Origin: Microcystis aeruginosa NIES-843 | GTDB taxonomy: Bacteria > Cyanobacteriota > Cyanobacteriia > Cyanobacteriales > Microcystaceae | NCBI RefSeq assembly: GCF_000010625.1 | Contig: NC_010296.1 | Coordinates: forward strand, 2,610,001-2,642,000 | DNA length: 32,000 nt | Reading direction: 5' to 3' | Part shown: in pieces, positions 25,619 to 32,000 of the stretch | Position numbering within the stretch: the first letter of the stretch is position 1 | How the letters are laid out: every line of letters begins with the position of its first letter | Notes under the pieces: model-generated | Database searches by the model: none | Told to the model about the DNA's origin: nothing | Seen by the model: only the letters and a program-made list of their open reading frames with translations | Made by a program: the position numbers and the translations under genes

Positions 25619-26470
25619 TTATGTGGACAGAGGCAAAGAAGGGAGAGAATTATTAATTTTTGCCTTTTGATCGTTGATCTGCCGGGCCGTTTCCACAAAT
25701 TGCGACACCCGGATCGGATCCACCGGTTCAGTAATTTTGCCATGACGCTTGAGGGAACTAGCCACGATCACCCCATCGGCAGCCGGCAGCAACCGCCCAA
25801 TATTGTCCAAATCAGCCCCGCTGCCGATAAAAACCGGTGTTCCCTTGGCCGCCGCCACTGCTAGTTCCAAATCCTCAAAACTAGGGGGGCTACCGGTGGA
25901 CCAACCGGAGAGGATCACCCCGTCTGCCAGTCCCCGTTCGATCGTATCTTGCACTGCCGTAGTCAGATTAGGGGTTCCCAAGGGGCGGGCGTGTTTAACC
26001 AAAACATCCGCTAAAATTTTGACCTCAGACCCCAATTCGCGGCGATAACGCAGGAGTTCGTAGGCCTGACCCTCAATAATGCCCTGATCGGTGGCCATAA
26101 CCCCCGTTAGCACATTAACCCGAATAAATTGGGCATTAACACAGGTAGCGATCGCTAAAGCACTATGGGCATCATTGCGGAGAACATTAAGACCAATCGG
26201 TAGGACCACCAGATTTTTAATGCGATCAACAATTAAAGTCATGGCACTAACCACGGCGGGATCCACCTGTTGCTTAGTAAAGGGGGCATCAAAAAAATTC
26301 TCGATAATCAAACCATCAACACCACCGGCAGCCAAAGCCGTCGCCTCCTGTTCAGCCCGCTCGATCACCGTCTTGAGACTGCCACCCCAACGGGGGGAAG
26401 TGGGCAGGGGGGCGAGATGAACCACGCCAATAATCGGGTTTTTTGTCTTGAAAGTTGCAATTAAGTTCAC
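25619..26470 (-). CDS. btpA: BtpA/SgcQ-family protein (photosystem I biogenesis BtpA)
   Basis: NPIIGVVHLAPLPTSPRWGG...GVDGLIIENFFDAPF. The GTG at 26470 gives a homologue-like N-terminus. The ORF track's alternative GTG is at 26512. Confidence 0.88.
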   Translation of the reverse strand: MNLIATFKTKNPIIGVVHLAPLPTSPRWGGSLKTVIERAEQEATALAAGGVDGLIIENFFDAPFTKQQVDPAVVSAMTLIVDRIKNLVVLPIGLNVLRNDAHSALAIATCVNAQFIRVNVLTGVMATDQGIIEGQAYELLRYRRELGSEVKILADVLVKHARPLGTPNLTTAVQDTIERGLADGVILSGWSTGSPPSFEDLELAVAAAKGTPVFIGSGADLDNIGRLLPAADGVIVASSLKRHGKITEPVDPIRVSQFVETARQINDQKAKINNSLPSLPLST

Positions 26471-26576
26471 AGCGTATACTACTCTTAGCGTCCCCAACCA
26501 TGCGCCGCTCACCCATTTTAACAGGGTGAAGGCCTACCCACGGTTCCACGGGGGGGAAATTATTTTAACTTAGTGC

Positions 26577-26664
26577 CAGCATTCGTCCCTCGCGCTTAGT
26601 GCGATGGGACGGGGCTTTTCAAGGGGCGAAGTAATTCGCCCCACAGTTCCCCTCATCAATGCTG
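26577..26664. repeat. 88-nt compound hairpin element containing a second copy of the 45-nt mini-element
   Basis: Closing stem CAGCATT/AATGCTG. Hairpin A is CGTCCCTCGC-gcttagt-GCGAtGGGACG and hairpin B is GGGGCGAA-gtaa-TTCGCCCC. Positions 26605-26656 align with 35-85. Confidence 0.7.
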
Positions 26665-26941
26665 ACTTTGTATATAGACAATTCCAAAAAACTATGTTAT
26701 CATAAACGGGTCTTGACCACTATTCCTTAAGCGATAACCGAGCTTCGGGGGGTCGTGTTGCAAGAAAAAGTGTGGGTCTTAGGAACTAGGACTGCTGCCT
26801 GGGTCGGGAAGGTAAGACTTGCTATCTTTCGAGGTAGAAAGCGCATCCCATTGAAGCAGGAAGCTCTCAAATCCGTTGAGAGTAGTTCACAATGTCTTAA
26901 CATTAAAAGAGAAGTTTAAGATTTGGTTGATACTCGATCGC

Positions 26942-28255
26942 ATGGGCAATAAGCCAACCATCGCCATCTCACACCTAGGCTGTGAGAAAAACCGGATCGA
27001 CTCCGAGCATATGTTAGGACTGCTGGCCAAGGCCGGCTATCCCGTAGATAATGACGAGGAGTTGGCCGATTACGTTATCGTTAATACCTGTAGTTTCATT
27101 CAAGCAGCTAGAGAAGAATCCGTTCGCACCCTCGTGGAACTGGCGGAAGCTAATAAAAAAATTATTATCTCCGGCTGTATGGCCCAACATTTCCAAGATG
27201 AACTCCTGACGGAATTGCCGGAAGCCGTGGCCATTGTCGGCACGGGGGATTATCAGAAAATTGTCGAGATCGTCGAACGGGTAGAGACGGGAGAACGAGT
27301 CAAGGAAGTCAGCGCCGATCCCACTTTTATCGCCGACGAAAATCTGCCCCGTTATCGCACCACCAGCGAGGGAGTCGCCTATCTGCGGGTGGCCGAAGGC
27401 TGCGATTATCGCTGTGCTTTCTGTATTATTCCCCAGCTGCGCGGTGATCAAAGATCCCGTTCGATCGAGTCCATTGTGGCCGAAGCGCGACAATTGGCCA
27501 GCCAAGGGGTGCAAGAATTAATTCTCATTTCGCAAATAACAACCAATTATGGGTTAGACTTATATGGCGAACCCAAATTAGCGGAACTCTTGCGAGCGCT
27601 GGGAGAAGTCGATATACCTTGGATTCGCGTTCACTACGCTTACCCGACCGGGTTAACGCCAAAGGTTATCGAGGCGATCCGAGAGACCCCGAATGTTTTA
27701 CCCTATCTAGACTTGCCGCTACAACATTCCCATCCCGACATCCTGCGGGGGATGAACCGTCCCTGGCAAGGACGAGTCAACGATGGCATTATCGAGCGGA
27801 TCAAGCAAGCTATCCCGAACGCGGTTTTACGAACGACTTTTATCGTCGGTTTCCCCGGAGAAACCGAGGAACATTTCAGCCATCTGCTGGAATTTGTCAA
27901 GCGTCATGAGTTCGATCACGTCGGGGTGTTTACCTTCTCCGCCGAAGAAGGTACAGCCGCTTTTGACCTGCCCGATCCAGTGCCACAGGCAATTATGGAC
28001 GAACGCCGCGAAAGGTTGATGTTAACTCAGCAACCGATCTCGGAACGCAAAAATCAAGCTTATATCGGTCAAACTGTCGATGTTCTCATCGAACAGGAAA
28101 ACCCAGAAACAGGAGAATTAATCGGGCGCTCCGCTCGTTTTTCCCCGGAAGTGGATGGCTTGGTTTATGTGACAGGTGAGGCGATTCTAGGTGCGATCGT
28201 ACAGGTCCGAATCACTGCGGCCGATACCTACGATCTCTACGGCGAAATAGTCTAA
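26942..28255 (+). CDS. rimO: Ribosomal protein S12 methylthiotransferase (radical SAM, MiaB-like, TRAM C-terminus)
   Basis: [22 protein letters not shown]..., NTCSF and the radical-SAM [11 protein letters not shown]. The ATG at 26942 is preferred over the upstream start of the ORF track. Confidence 0.9.
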   Translation: MGNKPTIAISHLGCEKNRIDSEHMLGLLAKAGYPVDNDEELADYVIVNTCSFIQAAREESVRTLVELAEANKKIIISGCMAQHFQDELLTELPEAVAIVGTGDYQKIVEIVERVETGERVKEVSADPTFIADENLPRYRTTSEGVAYLRVAEGCDYRCAFCIIPQLRGDQRSRSIESIVAEARQLASQGVQELILISQITTNYGLDLYGEPKLAELLRALGEVDIPWIRVHYAYPTGLTPKVIEAIRETPNVLPYLDLPLQHSHPDILRGMNRPWQGRVNDGIIERIKQAIPNAVLRTTFIVGFPGETEEHFSHLLEFVKRHEFDHVGVFTFSAEEGTAAFDLPDPVPQAIMDERRERLMLTQQPISERKNQAYIGQTVDVLIEQENPETGELIGRSARFSPEVDGLVYVTGEAILGAIVQVRITAADTYDLYGEIV

Positions 28256-28296
28256 TTTTTCCATTTTTCTTATTTAATTCCCACAAAACAATCCCT

Positions 28297-29736
28297 ATGA
28301 CCACTGGTTTCAACAATTTAGGTTTATCCGATAGCCGTCTTCAACACCTAGAAACGCTTGGATTCACCACCCCCACCGAAATTCAAACCAAAGCCATCCC
28401 TCTCCTTCTAGAAGGGCATGACATGGTAGGAATGTCACAAACGGGAACCGGCAAAACCGCCGCCTATTCCCTGCCTTTACTGGAACGCATGGACACCAAA
28501 AATCCTAACGTTCAAGCTTTAATCCTCACCCCCACCCGGGAATTAGCCCAACAGGTGGCCAGCGCCATCAAAGATTTCTCTGATGATCGTCGTCTCTTTA
28601 TCCTGACAGTCTGTGGTGGTCAATCCATGGAACGTCAGATCCGCAGTCTGGAAAAAGGTGTCCAGATTGTGGTCGGGACTCCCGGCCGGGTAATCGATCT
28701 GCTCGATCGCAAAAAACTCCATCTAGAATCCCTAAACTGGGTAGTCCTCGATGAAGCGGACGAAATGCTCAGTATGGGTTTTATCGATGATGTGAAGAAA
28801 ATTCTGCAAGCATCCCCCTCCACCCGTCAAACCGCCTGTTTCTCGGCAACTATGCCCCGGGAAATCCGCGATTTAATCGCTAATTTCTTGAAATCTCCCA
28901 TTTCTGTGACGGTTTCTCAACCCCAGGCCGCTCCTGCTAAGATTGAGCAGAAAATTTATCTGATCCCTCGCGGTTGGACGAAATTAAAAGTCCTGCAACC
29001 CCTGTTAGAGATCGAACCCCTAGAATCGGCGATTATTTTCGTCCGCACCAAGCAAACCGCGGCCGAATTAACCAGCAAACTGCAAGAAGCGGGGCAAACG
29101 GTGGATGAATACCACGGTAACTTAAGCCAAGTGCAACGGGAACGACTGGTGCAACGTTTCCGCGAGGGCAAAATTAAATTAGTGGTAGCCACGGATATCG
29201 CAGCCCGCGGTCTAGATGTGGAAAATCTCAGCCACGTTATTAACTATGATCTGCCGGATAATGCCGAAACCTATATTCACCGCATTGGCCGCACCGGCCG
29301 CGCCGGTAAAACGGGAACTGCTATATCTTTAGTAGAACCGATCGATCGGCGTTTATTACGTCAGATTGAACAGCGTTTGCGTCAACGTCTGGAATCTAGT
29401 CCCATTCCTAGCCGCACCGAAGTAGAAGCAAAACGCCTGGCCAAGCTGCAAAATCAGCTAAAAGAGGCTTTATCGGGGGAACGTATGGCTTCTTTCTTGC
29501 CTTTAGTGCGGGATTTAAGTGAAGAATACGATCCCCAAGCGATCGCGGCGGCTGCCCTGCAAATGATCTACGATCAAAATTGTCCCCAGTGGATGAAAAC
29601 CGATTGGGAAGTTCCCGCAGCGACGAGCAGTAAACCGGTGATTAATAAAACTCCCCGCAGTGGTGGTAGTAAGTACCCCTCTAAGTCGAATAACCGTCCT
29701 TCCCTGGACAAAAAAATCGTCTTTCAGGAACGTTAA
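28297..29736 (+). CDS. crhR: DEAD-box ATP-dependent RNA helicase (CrhR-like)
   Basis: Q motif FTTPTEIQ, SQTGTGKT, VLDEADEML, SAT and HRIGRTGRAG. It lies 41 nt downstream of rimO, the arrangement known for the Synechocystis rimO-crhR operon. Confidence 0.85.
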   Translation: MTTGFNNLGLSDSRLQHLETLGFTTPTEIQTKAIPLLLEGHDMVGMSQTGTGKTAAYSLPLLERMDTKNPNVQALILTPTRELAQQVASAIKDFSDDRRLFILTVCGGQSMERQIRSLEKGVQIVVGTPGRVIDLLDRKKLHLESLNWVVLDEADEMLSMGFIDDVKKILQASPSTRQTACFSATMPREIRDLIANFLKSPISVTVSQPQAAPAKIEQKIYLIPRGWTKLKVLQPLLEIEPLESAIIFVRTKQTAAELTSKLQEAGQTVDEYHGNLSQVQRERLVQRFREGKIKLVVATDIAARGLDVENLSHVINYDLPDNAETYIHRIGRTGRAGKTGTAISLVEPIDRRLLRQIEQRLRQRLESSPIPSRTEVEAKRLAKLQNQLKEALSGERMASFLPLVRDLSEEYDPQAIAAAALQMIYDQNCPQWMKTDWEVPAATSSKPVINKTPRSGGSKYPSKSNNRPSLDKKIVFQER

Positions 29737-29766
29737 TTTTTAGTTCTTGAATAGATAACTTTAAGA

Positions 29767-29802
29767 GTTGATAGACCGTTTTGGTTCTATCAACTTTTTT
29801 TT
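29767..29802 (+). terminator. Rho-independent terminator of crhR
   Basis: GTTGATAGA-ccgttttggt-TCTATCAAC followed by T8 (29795-29802). Confidence 0.8.
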
Positions 29803-29959
29803 GTCAAGTAATTTCCCAGTACGTCGTCGAAAGCATTCTACATAATTTTATAGCTAAACTTTTGATAATTGATTCTAATCAAGTATTTGGGCTTTGTTTG
29901 ATACTTTTGCTGATAATTACTATATAATTGTCTTAAATGAATAAATTTGAACATTTAAT

Positions 29960-30313
29960 ATGTCGAGTTCGTCAGAACCTTATCGTGGGAGGGTACAAGC
30001 TCAAGGAGACGATATCCAGCAAGAGGGTGGATACAGTTGTTCTTGGGCAAGAAAAAATCCTGTTACTGCTAAAGAAGGATTATCATTTCTTGCTAATATT
30101 AAAGGGCAATGCAGCGAATGTCAACGAGAGGAACGGAAACAAGCGTTTAGAAAAGCTGAACGCTTTGTTACAAATGCTAGTGAGCAAGGTGGTGTCACTC
30201 CAGAGGCACAACCGCACTCATTTCAGGATTCTAAACGTAAAACTAAAAACGCCCGTGTAGATATTGAAATTCGCAGTGGTCTTACCTTTATCCCTTCGCC
30301 CCAAACAGAATGA
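29960..30313 (+). CDS. Hypothetical 117-aa protein (CxxC-containing, basic C-terminal half)
   Basis: Its stop overlaps the next ATG (ATGA at 30310-30313). It is protein-like in composition, contains CSEC, and matches no family I recognise. Confidence 0.5.
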   Translation: MSSSSEPYRGRVQAQGDDIQQEGGYSCSWARKNPVTAKEGLSFLANIKGQCSECQREERKQAFRKAERFVTNASEQGGVTPEAQPHSFQDSKRKTKNARVDIEIRSGLTFIPSPQTE

Positions 30314-31110
30314 CAACGATGCTTAGAAGAGTACAACAATTTTTAGACTCTGGCGATAGTGATAACGCTAGAGAAGAAATTGATAGAGCTTTCGGCAATC
30401 TGAGAAGGGTGGATAGTCATGTTAGAGAGTTTGCAGATCTGTTGGCACTGGGATCGATCAAAGCTTCAGAAATCGGCTTAGGGGTATTGGGACGTAAGCT
30501 TCTACAGAATGACAGCGAGATTAACAATGAGGTTGTTTGGTTATTTATTGCGTCAATTTTATCTCGCAATAGTATTCCCCCTGATAGTCCATCTAGAATC
30601 AGCCTACTTGTTCTTACCGCTTCTGTCAATAGTTGGGAATTACCAATTTTTGCGCTTCTTGCCCCTGCCCTCGACGCTTTTTTTAAAGTTAGTCTTGCGG
30701 ACGGAACCCCTTTAATTGCCGAACAAACTTTTGATTTTTTGGCCACTTGGGGAAGAATTTATGCGAAAGCACCTCATGTCAAAACGCAGCTTCAAGAACT
30801 TCAATCTCTTAGTAATAATCTATTAGAGCAAGTAGATGACTCAGAGTTAAAAGCTGAATGGTCAGAGGGAATTAATATATTTTTTGAAGAAGCCAGGACA
30901 ACCAAATATTCAGATAGTAATGTTTTTTCTGCTGGTGAAGAATTAATTAAAAAAATTTATAATACTCAAAGTTTACAGCGCAATACAGAAGATAAGAATT
31001 TGGCAGAGACAAAAGACAAGTTACTCCGATTAGTCACTTCGTCTCTTGCCACTATTGGAACAGTTCTTGATAGTGATGGAGTCATACTAAATCCGGTTAT
31101 TAAAAACTGA
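30310..31110 (+). CDS. Hypothetical 266-aa, predicted all-helical protein
   Basis: The long ORF is translationally coupled to the 117-aa ORF. No motif recognised. Confidence 0.55.
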   Translation: MTTMLRRVQQFLDSGDSDNAREEIDRAFGNLRRVDSHVREFADLLALGSIKASEIGLGVLGRKLLQNDSEINNEVVWLFIASILSRNSIPPDSPSRISLLVLTASVNSWELPIFALLAPALDAFFKVSLADGTPLIAEQTFDFLATWGRIYAKAPHVKTQLQELQSLSNNLLEQVDDSELKAEWSEGINIFFEEARTTKYSDSNVFSAGEELIKKIYNTQSLQRNTEDKNLAETKDKLLRLVTSSLATIGTVLDSDGVILNPVIKN

Positions 31111-31188
31111 TTATTTATTTCCCCTTTTGTCTCTTGCCTTTTGCCTGTTCTGATATGTAGCGCATACTCAACGGATTTAGTATTAACC

Positions 31189-31845
31189 CTATATACTTTT
31201 GACTTTTTTATACTGTTCCGTCACGGCGGCATTTAATAGATCATCTTTAAAATCTCTGATTAATTTAATTACTAAATTATAAGTATTGATGTATTCTTCA
31301 TAATCGATAGTTAAATACTTGCCATGAGCAATTTTATTTCTTTGGGTGAGAAGTTGTTCATCAATAGCTTTCTGCCGCAGTTGATAATCACTATCATCAA
31401 TTCCTAGAATAGTACAGATATCAGTGAAAACTTCAAAATTGAGATTAGATTTGGTGTTAATAATATTTTCGTAGGGTATAGAAGCTCTATTTTCTAGGTT
31501 ATCAAGTAAATTTTTGATCATCTCTTTTTGTAACTTAAATTTATTGGTTTTTATTAACTCATTTATAGAACTTCTAGAACCAAGGGCAACGAAACAGTAA
31601 TCCAGTTCATGATAATTTAATTTTCTTAAGGAAACAAACTGCAAATAACATTCTGCTGCATATTTAATAAAACCTTCCCAATGGGCATAGAGAGTGGTTA
31701 TTCCGGCTCTAATTAATACATCTTGCTCAGTTCCTTTTTGTGGAGGAATTTTATTTTTTAAAATACTAAGTTCTTTAATTCGCCATGCCATATCTTCATC
31801 TAAGTTTTTCTGGAGAATTTCGATAGTTCTATTATCTTTACTCAT
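31189..31845 (-). CDS. HEPN-domain protein, MAE_28990/MAE_18760-like family (predicted RNase)
   Basis: An Rx4H HEPN motif is seen in LLTQRNKIAHGKYL near the C-terminus of a helical 218-aa protein. The N-terminal pattern WRIKELS...LYAHWEGFIK matches my recollection of that family. Confidence 0.7.
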   Translation of the reverse strand: MSKDNRTIEILQKNLDEDMAWRIKELSILKNKIPPQKGTEQDVLIRAGITTLYAHWEGFIKYAAECYLQFVSLRKLNYHELDYCFVALGSRSSINELIKTNKFKLQKEMIKNLLDNLENRASIPYENIINTKSNLNFEVFTDICTILGIDDSDYQLRQKAIDEQLLTQRNKIAHGKYLTIDYEEYINTYNLVIKLIRDFKDDLLNAAVTEQYKKVKSI

Positions 31846-32000
31846 TACTTTTTAAAATATTTTTTGCCAAATTCAATCATTTTGAGCATTCTAGTTCTAG
31901 CTCTCGATCCCGTACCGATGTTATAAATAAAGTCAGATTCTGACCACATTTCCTGAATTTTTGTTCTTAGCAGTTCAATATCTTGAGTAGAGTAATCATC
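31845..32000 (-). CDS. 3' end of an upstream partner gene (51 codons in window), coupled to the HEPN gene
   Basis: The frame is open from the window edge: ...DDYSTQDIELLRTKIQEMWSESDFIYNIGTGSRARTRMLKMIEFGKKYFKK*. Its TAA shares one nt with the HEPN ATG (TAATG). Confidence 0.6.
   Translation of the reverse strand, partial: DDYSTQDIELLRTKIQEMWSESDFIYNIGTGSRARTRMLKMIEFGKKYFKK

Noticed and set aside
25486-26549. ORFs 25486-25743 (-), 25667-25864, 25749-26048, 26091-26420, 26270-26464 (+) and 26352-26549 (-) around btpA
   Set aside because: They overlap btpA in other frames or on the other strand. Their Arg/Pro/Ser-rich translations are typical of off-frame GC-rich sequence.
26700-26880. Possible small RNA gene upstream of rimO. 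CCTGGGTCGGGAAGGTAAGAC vaguely recalls the SRP-RNA GGAAGGAAGCAGC region, and GAGCTTC/GAAGCTC could close a long stem as in 6S RNA.
   Set aside because: The conserved SRP motif is not actually present, and I could not build a convincing extended helix by eye. A covariance-model scan (Rfam) would be needed before calling anything.
27014-28019. ORFs 27014-27514 (-), 27619-27909 (+), 27703-27900 (-), 27783-28019 (+) inside rimO, and 28635-28823 and 28956-29192 (-) inside crhR
   Set aside because: These are alternative or antisense frames of GC-richer conserved genes, with no motifs. They are shadow ORFs.
29937-30260. 107-aa ORF in an alternative plus-strand frame of the first orphan gene
   Set aside because: The 29960-30313 frame is preferred because its stop overlaps the next start (ATGA) and its composition is more protein-like. 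The choice is not proven.

Overview
This is a cyanobacterial chromosomal window, most likely Microcystis. Evidence for that: the HIP1 octamer GCGATCGC recurs more than a dozen times, btpA, a VKOR-thioredoxin fusion and a rimO-crhR pair are present, heptamer STRR-type tandem repeats occur, and one gene belongs to a HEPN family named after Microcystis loci. Housekeeping blocks are ilvD, a TPR protein, a ferritin-like gene plus FTR1 iron permease, an orphan periplasmic binding protein, VKOR, btpA, rimO and crhR. These blocks alternate with accessory DNA heavily invaded by IS elements and MITEs. (i) 1-5640: a three-deep nested IS pile (IS630 inside ISKra4-like inside IS1634-like) abuts an overlapping alpha/beta-hydrolase plus caspase-fold gene pair. 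Both outer ends of that pair run into mobile-element termini, and RTX-repeat gene debris follows. (ii) About 12.1-24.4 kb is an island. It holds a MITE with a 6-bp TSD, a Pro/Glu-rich membrane protein, and a frameshifted VapBC-like cassette bracketed by 101-bp direct repeats. It also holds a C5-methyltransferase with a putative endonuclease, and an IS200/IS605 tnpA remnant split by an IS1380 that is itself split by an IS630. Two further IS630 copies, a secreted PLA2-like gene coupled to a frameshifted secreted-protein gene, and a Uma2 nuclease complete it. (iii) 29.9-32 kb: an AT-rich orphan two-gene cassette lies convergent with a HEPN (Rx4H) gene, which is coupled to a partner cut by the window edge. 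I saw no rRNA, tRNA or CRISPR array. The best candidates for an undescribed system are the hydrolase-caspase pair and the orphan cassette plus HEPN module. All functional calls rest on motif recognition by eye; no database search was run.
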